A stretch of DNA of 64,000 nucleotides from Neocallimastix sp. 'constans'. Taxonomy: Eukaryota. The position numbers and the translations under genes were made by a program. Shown here piece by piece: positions 27,805 through 50,080 of the stretch. The stretch lies in NCBI GenBank assembly GCA_050613775.1, contig JBODTK010000001.1:1240001-1304000 (forward strand), in the 5' to 3' direction. Under the pieces are notes generated by a model. That model was not told where the DNA came from and made no database searches. It saw only the letters and a list, made by a program, of their open reading frames with translations. The stretch's first letter is position 1; each line of letters begins with the position of its first letter.

Positions 27805-28280
27805 GAGCTCAATAACACTATGTATTTCGGAAAGTTGTACTATGCGGGAATTTTCCCTTCTTACCAAATAAAAAAAATAATAAAGCCTAGAAGTAACATC
27901 TTTAAAATAGATAGTATGGAGTCCACTAAACTCTCCCCGGATTCATCATTTATTGAACTACTAAGGCAAGATTCAGCCTTTGTAGAAATAGATGATGAAC
28001 CTGTATTATCATTATGCCTTATCAGTACGATATCGACGCTCTTGGTTAAGTTTGGTATTTTGGAATACCTATCAAATAATAGTTCAAACGAACTACTTAT
28101 ATGATAGGTATTGTGCTTGTTAAGAATTCCGCCAAGCCCACAATTTTTGGAACAGTGACTCAAATGAACCTTTGAAAAGTAGTTCATTTAAATGTCTCTG
28201 TTCCCCTCTATCGAAATGCAGCTCATTTAAAGCTAAAGTTCCACCAAGAAGGACCCATTAACATATTGAAAAGAGTTTTA
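27805..28280 (-). mobile_element. Decayed LINE ORF2 C-terminal fragment (copy 3 of 4)
   Basis: Minus strand 'caagagcgtcgatatcgtactgataaggca' versus 'caagagcgtcgatgttgaaaggataaggca' in the 9 kb LINE. The ~210 bp spacing to the 'cca(c)caagaagg' (LLGG) block is the same in both. Frameshifted. Confidence 0.7.
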
Positions 28281-29690
28281 TTCAATATTATATAAAATTT
28301 TTGTTTATTTCTTAATATGAAATATATATATAAATTCATATATATATTATTTAAAAGTAATTAATATATATATAAAAGCCAAAATTTATAAATATTTAAA
28401 TATGATAATATATATATAAATTAAAAAATTAATATCTATGTTATAAGCCAAAAATTCTAAATATTTAAATAAAATTAAATATTACATAAAAAATAAACAA
28501 TAAATTCTGATTATCATATTAGTAATTTCTCCTATAGAATATTAATCGAACCAAACGAAAAACATTTAAATATAAAAAAATTACTTTATTAGTTATTTAT
28601 AAAAATATAATTTTATAAATATACATATATATTTTTATTAATATAAATATTTATTAAAAGAAAGATACATTTTTTTGTAAATTGTATTTACTTATATTAA
28701 TGTGAAAATTTCATTTTTCTACATAAAATAAATTATTATTAATAGCATTATTAATTTAATTACTATTATTAATGAATATTAAATAGTTTTGTTAAATTGC
28801 TAAATGAATTTTAATATAAAATTTTTGTAATTAGTGGTTAAAATATATCTGCTTATTTCATTAATAATAATTTATACTATAAATAACCCTAATTTATAAA
28901 ATTAGTACTGTCACATCAGTCACTATAAATAAATTAAAAAAAATTAATTTATTAATAAATTTTTTTCATAAATAGAAACATTACATTAAAAAAAATTATT
29001 CAATAAAATTGTGGCATTCAATACAATATAGCTAATAAAGAAAGAAATAATAAATATCTAAATATACAAATGCTTTTAATACATAAATGTAATTTATTTT
29101 ACATTATTGTTTATATATCTATTTAATTCATTAAATATAATTTTTTTTATTTATTTAAATACTAAATTATTTATTTTATATTTTATATATTCATTTATTT
29201 ATATTATTGTTTTAAATATATTCATTTATTGTTTTATTTATCTATTATTAATTATTTAATCTAATTATATTTACTTAATTGATAATTAATTATTTTATTT
29301 CTAAATTTAATACTGATTAATAAATTTATATTTATGATTAGTTAAAATCCATCTATTTATATATAATTATTAATGACTGTTTCTTAATATATTAAAACCA
29401 TCACTAATTTCTATTTTTTCTTTTCTTTCTTTTTAATATATTATATTTTATTTGACTTTAATACGCTACTTTTTTTTAATACTATTACAGATTCTATATA
29501 TTTATAGCTATAAATAGAAAACTAGAAATAATAAATAATAAATAATGAATAATAAATACAAAATAATAAATAATTAAATAATAATAAATAATAAATAATA
29601 AGTAATAAGTAATAAATAATTAAATAAATAATAATAAATAATTGAATAATAAATAAATAATAAATAATAAATAATAAATAATTAAATAAT

Positions 29691-30202
29691 AAAAGAGTAT
29701 TGATTAATAAATAATAAATAATAAAAGAGTATTGATTAATAAATAATAAATAATAAAAGAGTATTGATTAATAAATAATAAATAATAAAAGAGTATTGAT
29801 TAATAAATAATAAATAATAAAAGAGTATTGATTAATAAATAATAAATAATAAAAGAGTATTGATTAATAAATAATAAATAATAAAAGAGTATTGATTAAT
29901 AAATAATAAATAATAAAAGAGTATTGATTAATAAATAATAAATAATAAAAGAGTATTGATTAATAAATAATAAATAATAAAAGAGTATTGATTAATAAAT
30001 AATAAATAATAAAAGAGTATTGATTAATAAATAATAAATAATAAAAGAGTATTGATTAATAAATAATAAATAATAAAAGAGTATTGATTAATAAATAATA
30101 AATAATAAAAGAGTATTGATTAATAAATAATAAATAATAAAAGAGTATTGATTAATAAATAATAAATAATAAAAGAGTATTGATTAATAAATAATAAATA
30201 AT
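29691..30202. repeat. 32-bp minisatellite, 16 tandem copies (aaaagagtattgattaataaataataaataat), within an AATAAAT satellite field (~29520-30510)
   Basis: Units start at 29691 with period 32 through 30171; one isolated partial copy lies near 30440. Confidence 0.95.
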
Positions 30203-32000
30203 AAATATAAATATTAAATAATAAATAATAAATCATTGAATAATAAAAAATAAATAACAAATAACAAATAATGAATAATTAAATAATAAAATAATAAATA
30301 ATTAAATAATAAAATAATAAATAATTAAATATTAAATAATAAATAATTAAATATTAAATAATAAATATTAAATAATTAAATAATAAAATAAATAATAATA
30401 ATTAAATAATAAATAATAAATATTAAATAATAAATAATAAAAAGAGTATTGATTAATAAATATTAAATAATAAATAATAAATAAATAATAATAAATAATA
30501 AATAATAAATCGTAGTAAAATTATAGTTAATAATAAATCATAGACAAATAATAAATATAAATAATAATAATAATAGATAGTTAAATATTAAATAATAATA
30601 AATATTAAATATTAATAATTACAATAATATTTTAATATATTTATTAATATATATTAATTGTTACATTATAAATATTTGTACAAATTTTTTAATAATTTTT
30701 TATTTCACTTATTTTTCCTTAACAAAACTTGTAATATCTAATGGTTTAAAAATCTTTTACTAAATTTTTAATATATTAACTAAATGAGGCTGATTAAATC
30801 CACCAATCATGGCTTGAATAATAGAACAATAATATTTATTAACCCACCAATAATTTAAAATACAAAATTTTAGGAAATCTCGAATTTTTTTGAAGTTAAA
30901 AAGATTTTTTTTTCTCTTAAATAATTAACAAAAGAAGGAAAAGTATAAAAAAAAAAATTAGAGAAATTGTAATATATTAAAAAAAAAAAAAAAAAAGAAT
31001 TATTAATAAATGTAAAAAAAAATAATAAAATAAAATTTTATTTTATATATTTTTTTATTACTATTTTTATTATTTAATAATTTAAAATAATGCTTAATAT
31101 ATTAAATATTTTTAAATGTAAAAATTAAATATATTATTAATATATTATTAATATATAAAATAATTAATAGAAATAAATTGAATCAATAATTAATAAATTA
31201 ATTGTAACAATTAAAAATTTTTTATATTAAATAAATATACAAAAAAATAAAAAAAATATTCAAAAAAAAAAAAAATTTTTTTTCATCAATCTTCACAATC
31301 AAAAAAATTTATTATAATTGTATAGTAGAATAATAAAAATAAAAAAAATTTCAAATTATTAATAAAAATTAAATAATAGAAAAATTTTATGATATATATA
31401 CCCAAAAATTTTTTATTTTTTTTTTAAAAAAATTTTTTTATAAAGCTATAATATAATATGATATGATATGATATTAAAAAAATAAAATAAAATAAAAAAA
31501 ATAAAAAATAAAAAAAAAATAAAATAAAAATGAAAATTTTGAAATAATATTAATTATTTATTAATATTCTATATTATCATATATTTATAATATATTATAT
31601 ATATTATCTACATTTATAAAACGTGTGAAAAGTATACCATTATTTTTAAAATTTCAATTTTCACTTTATTTTTTTGTATGTTTTTATTCAATTTTATTTA
31701 AAGTCAACTATAATAATAAATTTTAAAGTCAAATTCAATTATTTTTCTTTGTTTAAGAAAGAAGTAATATATATACCACAATTTAATTCAGATTAATAAA
31801 TAATAACAAGTGTAAAAATTCAATATTCTGATAGTTTATTGTAAGTAACACAATGCAAAGGGTTAAGTTAAAATTTAAATTTAAAATTTTGTTAGAATTA
31901 TTTTATTTTTAAAAGATAAAACAATTAAATAACTTATCAAAAACAAAAAAAAATTTTTTTTATATTATTGTATATACAGTTAGTGAATTATTTATTTAAA

Positions 32001-35000
32001 ATGGTTGCTGTAGTAAAGAACGAATTTATAAATGAAAAAAGTATGGAGAAAGAAAATGAAAAAAATATAAATGGTAATAAATTGTTTTAATTAATATAAT
32101 ATTTAACTATTAATTACTTGAAGTATTTTATATAATAATTAATTTTTATATTCTAATTATTAAAATTTTGGTAGAGGGTGAAAGTAATTATAATCAAATT
32201 AATATAGTCGAAAATAAAGAAAATTTAAAAAATAATAATGATAAAAAAGTAGAGAAAGAAGAATCGAAAAATGCGGAACTAAATGATAAAGAAAAAAATA
32301 AAATGGAAGTGGATAATAATGATATAGTAAATGATAAAAATAATAATGAAACATTAAATGAAGAACGAAAAAATAATGGAGAAGTAAATAAAGAAAAAGA
32401 TAATAATGAAACAATTAATGAAAAACATAATAATAAAGAAGAAATAAATAAAGAACATGATAAAAATGAAGCAATAAATGAATTTAATAATAAAGAAGAA
32501 ATGAATAAAGAACATGATAAAAATGAAGCAATAAAAGAACTTAATAATAAAGAAGAAATGAGTGAAAAGCATGATAAAAATGAAGTATTAATTGAAAAGC
32601 ATAATAATGAAAAAATAAATGGAGAACATAGTAGTAATGAAGAAATGAATGAAGAACATAGTAGTAATGAAAATATAAATGAAGCAAATAGTAGTAATGA
32701 AGTAATAAATAAAAATTATAGTAGTAAAGAAACAATAAATGAAGATCATAGTAGTAATAAAGAAATGAATGTTGATAAAAATGAAGCAATTAATGAAGAA
32801 CATAATAATAATAATAATAATAATAAAGAGATGAATAAAAAGCATGATAATGAGGAATCAATAAAGGAAAAAAAGCCTATTGAAAAGTTAATCAAAATAT
32901 TAAAAGAGAACCCAAAAATAAATGAAAAGTTAACAGAATTATTTCTAGAAAGTGAGGACGATATTAAGGACGTTGGAAATTTTTTTAAAGATAATTTTTT
33001 AAAAGATATTAAACGAGGAGATGAACAATATGAAGTTAAAGATAATAATAAAAAAATAAATGGGAAATATGATAAAGAAGAGTTTATTAAAACAACAAAG
33101 GATGAGGAAGACGATACTACAAAAATAGAAAGTAAAAACAGACAAGAAAATAAAAATAATGTAAATATAGAAAAAACAGATAAAATAAATGATTTAGATA
33201 ATGATAAAACAGAAGAAGAAAATAATAACGATGCTGATAATGATAATACAATAAAAATGGAAGAAAGTAGCGAAATATCAAATACTAGTCATATAGGCAA
33301 TAGAGAAATACCTCTAGAACGTAACGAAAATGATAGAATAGTAGATACTGTAGTGGAAAATGAAATATCAAATCAAACATCGAATCAAACAGACATTTCA
33401 AAAGATAGTAATGAAATATCTATAAATTCTCAAAATTATATATCACCACTACCAATAAATAATAGTAAAAATATTAATAAACATATGCCGAGATCCGAAT
33501 CAAGTGTCTGTTCTCATATAATTAAATCTCTACAAAATCATCCTAATGCACCTCCATTTTTAAAACCTGTAGATCCTGTAGCTCTAAATATACCCGATTA
33601 TTTCAATGTAATTAAATATCCAATGGATTTTTCAACAATATCAAAGAAGCTAAAACATGGAAAATACCCATCAATGGTTGAATTTGTAGATGATGTAGAT
33701 TTGGTATTTAGAAATTGTATGACTTATAATCCACCTGCAAATCCTGTTCATATCATGGGAAAAGAATTGAAAAATTATTTTATTGAGCAACTAAAGAAAT
33801 ATCCAGATCATTTTTCAGACATACTATTAAATAAATTTAATATAGATTTATCAACAATAGAAAAAAGACCAAGGCGTCAAATCAGACCACCTCAACATTT
33901 TGAACCTGAAGATGAGCTTTTGATGAAAAAAATAAAACAGCAACAAAAGCGTAGTTTAATGGAACAACATGAAGTGAAAACCTATGTACCTAAAATCAAA
34001 GAAGAAACTAGAATGACCATGGAACCCTACGATGAAGAAATGGATGTTGATGAAAAGCCCGTGAAAGCTAGTAAAACAGTTGCTAAAGTTCAAAAAGTCA
34101 GAAAAATAGCAAAGGGATCTAAGGTGGCATCAAAAAGTACAATTAAAAAAAGCACTAAAAAGAGATCTTATAGAGAAATAGATAGAGAAGATGATGAAGA
34201 AGAAGAAATGATTGAAGAAATGGAAGATTCAGACGAATATTCTTCTACTACTGATTCAGAGGATGAGTTAGTGGAGTCACAGATTACTGCATTGACGGCT
34301 TGTGTACAACAGCTACAACAACAATTAGAATTATTACAAGCTCAATCCAGTATATCACGTCACACAAGAAAAAAATCGAAACGTTCTCTTTCTTCATTTT
34401 CTGAATATTATTCTAATACTGAAAAAGAATCACCTGTCAATTCAAAGACTTTAGCAACAACTCATAAAAAAATTAATTCTACATCAAATATATCACCCAC
34501 TCCAGCTCCTACAAGAGGTAGAAAAAAGCAAAATAATATTCGTAAAACAGCAATAACTAATTCAGCTCTACAGACGACTGGTACCACTAGAAAACGTTCA
34601 AAAGCTAAAAGTGAAACAAGTTCACCAGCTAAACGTTCACCAGCAAATCGTCAAGGAAGAGTATGCGAATATTGTGGAGGTTCCGAAACACCAATGTGGA
34701 GACGTGGACCTAGTGGTAAAGGTTCGTTATGTAATAAATGTGGAGTAAAATGGAAGAGTGGTAAAATTTATAAGGGTGAACCAATTCCTAGTCAATCAGG
34801 ATTAAATTCTGCAAATTCTTCAGCCGTTTCTACACCTAATGTTCATCCACCACCACCAAAGGTAATAATAATGATATATAAATAGATAACAAGAAAATTA
34901 TTCATTCAATATTTATTTATCGAATGTATATAAATATATAATATTTATTTATTTTTTTTTTTTAATATATATCCTAAAAAAAATATTTATTTATTTTTAT

Positions 35001-35374
35001 TTTTATATATTAATAAATAGACTAAAAGGCGAAAGATTGATGCACCACCAAAAAAACCAAGAGTTCAAAGTATTACTTATGCTCAAAAGAAAGAATTAAG
35101 TGAAATGATTGGTAAATTAGATGAAGATAATTTAAATGGAGTTATTGATATTATTAGATCTGGTATACCTGATCTTAAGGATGGACAAGAAGAAATAGAA
35201 CTTGATATTGAAACCATTGATCCAGTTACCTTAAGAAAATTATATAGATATGTTAAAAAAGTATCAAAACCAGTTAAAGTTGTTCAAAAACCAATAACTC
35301 AAGAATTACAAAATTACAGTGATTACTCAAGTGGTTCAAGTGATTCTGGAGAAGAATCAAATGATGGAGAATAG
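32001..35374 (+). CDS. Single bromodomain + GATA zinc finger + ET-domain (BET/GTE-like) chromatin protein; exons 32001-32073, 32175-34861, 35021-35374; ~1037 aa
   Basis: Bromodomain: [54 protein letters not shown] finger: CEYC-X18-CNKC with [12 protein letters not shown] domain: [47 protein letters not shown] joins in frame. Long N/E/K-rich N-terminus with ~10-aa degenerate repeats. Confidence 0.9.
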
Positions 35375-35394
35375 AGAATTTTTAAAATGAGTTT

Positions 35395-35430
<36 letters not shown>

Positions 35431-35564
35431 TTTTTTCATTTTTTTATTTTTAATTTTTAATTCTTTTTCATAAATATCAAAAATAATATATATATATATA
35501 AATTAATGCGGGTTATACAATTATCTTAAAAATTTTAAATTATGAAAAACATATATATATAATG

Positions 35565-35609
<45 letters not shown>

Positions 35610-36183
35610 TATTATTATTATTGTTATTTTTCTTTATTATTATTTTATTTATTTATTTATTTTATATCTATTATAAATATTTTTTATTTCTATAAATAAT
35701 AGTAAATTAATAATAAAAATAAATAGAAAAGATATAAGTTTTAAAAAAAAAAAAAAATTTGAAATAAGAGATATTATATATATTTTTTCATAATAATATT
35801 ATATATAATTATATATAAATAATAAAAATAAAATCTATTATTAAGATTATATTATAGAAAATTGGATTTTATAATATATATAAATAGTTTTAATTTTTAT
35901 TTTATTTTTTTTTTTCAATTTCTTTAATTTTTATAAGCATATATTTCTAAAGTATTGTTATTAACCAAATATCTTTATGTCATAAAAAGAATTTTTTTTT
36001 TTTTTATTTATAAATAATATTTAACAAAATTTTTAATATTTATTATTAAATACAACTTTTTTTTAATTATATATCTTTTTTATACAAATTTTTATTCTTA
36101 AAAAAAATAATTAAAAATAAAAAAAAAATATTATTTAAAAAGTAATATAAATATATTTTTAATTAAATAAAAATTGCAATTAC

Positions 36184-36214
<31 letters not shown>

Positions 36215-36467
36215 GAACATATAATATTAATATTAAAACTATGTGTTATTATATCAATTTTGTATTATATATATATATATTTTTATTAATACTATTTTTA
36301 TTGATACTTATGCTATATGCTGTTTTTGTAGTAATTAAAGTGAATCTATAGCGTATAAAGTGAGTAAAGAAGGGAATTTCAATATATATTTTTCATTCAT
36401 TCATTTGTCAATAAGCAGTTCTAATTCATTCATTAAAATATAATGTTTTTGTTTTTGTTTTTTGTTT

Positions 36468-36516
<49 letters not shown>

Positions 36517-37160
36517 AAAAATAAATATTTCTTCACATAAAAAGATTTAAATGAAAAAAATGTGTTTCTTTTGATAAAAGAAAATTTTCTTTTTTCTTTC
36601 TTTTTTCTTTATTTGGATTAATTAACAATTTTCCTTCTATGCAATATAGTTGCTTTATACCATATTCGTTTATTTAATAATAATAAACAATTTAGTAATA
36701 TTTACCTTAAAAACATAAAGATCCAAACAATTAATGACTATTTTAGAATAATTATAATATATATATATATATATTTTTAAAGTTAACATGAAATTATTAT
36801 GTGGAATTGTAAATTTCAAAATTTCAAAATTTCAAATAAAAAATTATTCTATAAATTAAATACTATGCGGTTTTGTTTTAAAAATTACTATTACTAATTA
36901 CTGTTCCTATTATAATTTTTATTTTTTAAAAAAATTAAACAAGAACTTTATTTGGATTTTCATTTATTTTTTTAATTTTTATTACTGTATTATATATATA
37001 AAAATACTTTTTCATTATGCTCCTTATTTTTTAAAAAGAAAGATAAAAAAAATAATATTACTAAAAATAAAATTTTTAAAAAATTATATAATTAATTTTA
37101 TATATTTTATATTTTTTATATATATATAAGGCCTTTTTTTTCTTCCTTTTATAATTTTTA

Positions 37161-37217
<57 letters not shown>

Positions 37218-37764
37218 CTAATATTACTATTATTTTATAATAATAGTTTATTGATTTTAATTATAACATAATGATAAAATAAAAATTAAGATAAAAAAAA
37301 AAAAAAGATAGTTATCATTAATCTACTATTATAATTAAATTAAATAAAATAAAAACAGAATATATATATATATATAAAAATAGTATAAAAATAGTATAGT
37401 AAATATTGTGAATTTTTTTTTTAAAAAAAAAATAATAAAATGATAAAATTAAACAATTTATATATATATATATATAAATTATTATATTGTATACATTATA
37501 AGTATTAGATACATAAAAAACTTTTATCATAATTTATATAATTATTTTGTAGTTTTAATCTTTTATATATATTATTATTATTATTATTATTATGTATTAA
37601 ATTATATTAGTAAGTTTGTTTATTTTGATTGTCTTGTTTTTAGTTAATTTTTTTATTTTTATTTTATTTTTGGTATAATTTTATTTATTTTTTTTTATTC
37701 TTGATATTATAATTAAAATTATTATTAGATAATTTTTTTTTTTTTTTTTTTTTTAATATAAATT

Positions 37765-46356
<8,592 letters not shown>

Positions 46357-46894
46357 ATTTTATATAAAATTTAGTATATATAACTTTTATTTTAATTTTG
46401 AGATTATATATATATCGCTGTGATATAAATTAGAAAAAGAAAAAAGTAATAATTAATATAAACAATATTATAATAATAGTTGTTATAATTAATAATATTT
46501 TGTAATTTTCAATTGTTGTAGTGCAAATATGTATCCTCCATAATATTCACCTTGTTTTTTATATATTTCAATTTATTTTGTATATTTTTTTTTTTTTTTT
46601 TTATTATAGATACATAATATATTTTGATTTTCAGTTTTCGAAATATATTTATATTTTTTATTTGCTTATTTATAATTAATGAACATAATAATATTTGAAA
46701 TATTATCAATTATTATTACTATTTTAAATATTATATATTTAAATATATTTATAGATAATGATAATTTTTTTTTTTCTTTATATATAATTTTTATTTGCTA
46801 TTCTTTTGAATATATTATAATTAATTTAAGTATTATTATTACTGTTTGTTGTTGTTATTGTTATTATTATAAATTGTGCATATATTTAAATATT

Positions 46895-46933
<39 letters not shown>

Positions 46934-47785
46934 CTTTAATATTTAAATATTGAATTGCTACAGATATAAATATATTTATATATTAATAATAGTTTAAGAA
47001 GAAAAGAGAAAGAAAGAAGAAAAAAAAAGATTTTATATTTTATCAACTTTCTTTTTCTTTTTCTTCTTAATATTTAATATTTAAGGTATATAAATAAATA
47101 TTATAACTAGCTATCATATAATTGTTTTCTATAAAAAAATTTTTTTTTCAGTATAAAATAATATATATAGTTTAAAAATAAGAAAAATAATTATAATAAT
47201 ATAAATAAAACAAATAAATAGAAGAAAAAAAAATTAAATAAATATGAAAATTTTTATTTTTTTTTTTTTTTTTCTTCCTCTTCCCTAAATTTTTTATATA
47301 AAAATAATTGATATTAATATTACAATAATTATTTATAAAGTTTATTAGATATGTAAAAAAAATGGATATGGATAAAGTTGTTTTTTTTTTTTTTTTTTTT
47401 TATTATTATTATTTAATAATTAATTTTAATATTAATTATTAAATAAAAAAAAAAAAAACAATAACAATAATAGAAAATAAAAATATTAAAAACAATTTTA
47501 TTTTAAAAATAAAATTTTAAATAATAATAAAATTCATTAGTACTATAGTTTATATTTAACTAATTTTTTTATATAATTATTCAAGAATTTAATTACTATT
47601 ACTTTAAATTAATTATAATTCAAAGTTATTTTTATTTTTATTTTTTCTTAAAATAATTATATTTTATTTTATTTTAATGTTTTATTATTAGAAAACTTTA
47701 ATATAAATTATTTTTTTATAAATCATAGAATTAACTTAGCAATATCATTTGATTAAATATATATATATATAATACATAATATTTT

Positions 47786-47817
<32 letters not shown>

Positions 47818-48313
47818 TACACATATAAATAATATGAAAAATTAAAAAATAATGAAATTCAATTTATTATAAAGTAAAAAATAATCATAAAGAAAATAAA
47901 AAAGTTTATATACCTTTTAATAATGAATGATATATATATTTACTATATTTACTATATATGAATAAATGTAATATTTTATTAATTTTAGTTTATTAAAAAT
48001 TTATCTTTATATAAAATTTTATATAATTAAGAAACAATAATTTTATTTTATTTATTTCTTTTATGTATATATATATTAAGATTAAATACTATTATTTTTT
48101 TTTTTAGACTATTATTAACTAGTGTGGAGGACAATAGGGTTTCCAGTCTTTCCTTTAAATGTTTTATTATTATTTTAATTCTTTTACTTTTTATTATCTT
48201 ATTCAAAATAATTAATTAAATAATATAATAATAATATTAATTAAATAAACAAATAAATAAGAATAATAATACGTAACCCCAACCATTTTCACTATTTTTA
48301 CTCCTACTTAATT

Positions 48314-49150
48314 TTTTTTTTTTTTTTTTTTATTTCCGGTGTGTACCGCCCTATGCCCCCCTCATGACATGGGAATATTAAGGTAGTCACAACACTTTGT
48401 GGACAGTCTTACTGTTTATTCAGCATAGGCGCTCTAACCATAAATATTATTGTTGAGATTTTCAAGCACGATTTTTATCGGAATGCTTTTTCGGTGCCTA
48501 ACTCGGGAGAGTTGCATTTCCCCAAATTGCATTTCGCCAGGTTGTATTTCGACAAGTGGCGTAATATTAAAATGTTGCATTTCCCCAAGTTGCTTTTCCC
48601 CAAGTTGCTTTTCGCCAGGTTGCATTTCGACAAGTACAGTATTGATATAAATAAATGAATAAATAAATAGATATTAATTCAAAATATTTTTTTTTAAAAT
48701 TGTTTTTATGCGATATTAATAATATTTAATTTTATTTATTGATTTATTTATTTATTTAATAATTTTCAATTTGGCGAAATGCAATCTGGCGAAATGCCCC
48801 ACACCCGCCTAACTCCTTAGAAGCGAAGCTAGAATAACCTAACCCAATGAGTCACGTACTAGCTCACTTGCTAATAGTATTTAGTTAGCAGATTGATTAT
48901 TCGTAGTTTAGTTACGTACATATGAACCCATATGCTAGGAATTCCCTCGTAAGTACATTAATGAGAGTTACTAGCGCAACCCTCTCAGGCCCATTATTAG
49001 GACAGTATCTAGTCTATATTACTCCAGAATTTAAAGATATTATATATAAGGGGAGGGGAATATACTTACCTGTAAATGGAAACTCTAACCACCATCTACC
49101 ATAAAACCTTTTGTTCAAAAAAAAACCGGAAAATGGTCGAAAGGCCGGGT
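48314..49150 (-). mobile_element. Poly-A-tailed non-coding retroposon (SINE-like or truncated LINE 3' UTR) with 12-bp TSD, interrupted by a MITE
   Basis: TSD TCCTACTTAATT at 48302-48313 and 49151-49162. Poly-T at the left end followed by atttccggtgtgta. Homologous to 24270-24567 and 9732-9898. About 526 bp once the nested MITE and one copy of its TSD are removed. Confidence 0.85.
48505..48806 (+). mobile_element. Mutator-like (MULE) MITE, 302 bp, nested in the retroposon
   Basis: Starts GGGAGAGTTGCATTTCCCCAAATTGCATTTCGCCA and ends TGGCGAAATGCAATCTGGCGAAATGCCCCACACCC. Exact 9-bp TSD GCCTAACTC at 48496-48504 and 48807-48815. Contains 15-bp subrepeats. Confidence 0.9.
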
Positions 49151-49182
49151 TCCTACTTAATTGGGCTTGATTATTGATTCTC

Positions 49183-49213
<31 letters not shown>

Positions 49214-49419
49214 ATAGTTGCAATTATTGCGAACTTTATTTATTCATTCATTTATTAATTACATAAGTATATATATATACTTATGTAATTAAATGAATGA
49301 ATGAATAAATATTATTTGTCCAATTTGAGAATAGTAATATTTTAAATAGTAATGTGAAATAAAAGTATTATTTAAAGTAAAGTGTATAAATAAATTCAGG
49401 AAAAAAAAAAAAAAAAAAA

Positions 49420-50080
49420 AAAGTTCATAGGCATCACCAACAGATGATAAAATTTTGGGTTTAAAGTGAATTCCTATTCTGGATTAGGATTTGAATTGAC
49501 AATCTGAAAGATATTATGGTCTTCTTCTTCAGAGGGCAATGACCTTGCTAGCCTGTCTTAATTGCATTTTCAGCGTTGATGCTCTTAGTTAGTATGTGCT
49601 TATACCTTTTGGAATAGTAATCCTTGTCGAATACTAGCCCTAGGCATAATTTCTGTAAAAGAGAGCCTCAGATCGCATCAAGAATGACGAGTTTAGAATA
49701 ATCACTGGAAATGATTTGCTTATTAAACAAGACATCTCATTCCTTTTTATAATCTAAACCAATGATGTCTGCTACCAAAAGGGAAGTTATATAATTAGTA
49801 CCATGTCACCTATTTATTTACACACTCATTATTCAGAAAACTACTAATATTAACACAATTTTCATCAATTAATCTATTCACTACATTATTAGAAACAATT
49901 CTATTATTATCACTATCACTTATATTAATATTCCTATTTTTACTATCAATACTATTACTATTGATAAAAATATTATTGTTATTGTTATTATTACCAATAT
50001 TATAAACTTTGTTACTACTACAAGAATCAGTACTGATGAAAAAGGTAAGTAATTTTACGACAAAAGCAAAATAATAAATA
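49420..50080 (-). mobile_element. Decayed LINE ORF2 C-terminal fragment (copy 4 of 4)
   Basis: Plus-strand 'cgttgatgctcttagttag' (~49574) matches 'atcgacgctcttggttaag' (28032). The minus strand reads KRYKHILTKSINAE versus RYSKIPNLTKSVDI. Preceded by an N/S-rich low-complexity frame (ORF 49810..50148). Confidence 0.5.

Noticed and set aside
27820..28187. Ser-rich ORFs with a hydrophobic C-terminus resembling a GPI protein (also 407..607)
   Set aside because: No convincing signal peptide, the homology between copies crosses frameshifts and stops, and the sequence matches the LINE C-terminal region.
30795..30855. Two CCACCAAT (CCAAT-box) motifs upstream of the bromodomain gene; similar CCAAT motifs at ~52185 and ~52404
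   Set aside because: Plausible promoter elements, but too short to support without TSS or conservation data.
48434..48650. Overlapping ORFs with MQPGE/CISP pentapeptide repeats
   Set aside because: They arise from the 15-bp subrepeats of the MITE terminal inverted repeat.
49120..49152. Possible ribozyme at the retroposon 5' end (ggtc-gaaa-ggcc GNRA hairpin inside ccgg pairs)
   Set aside because: The hairpin is better on the strand antisense to the element, and I cannot fit a hammerhead or HDV core by eye. An Infernal/RNArobo search would be needed.
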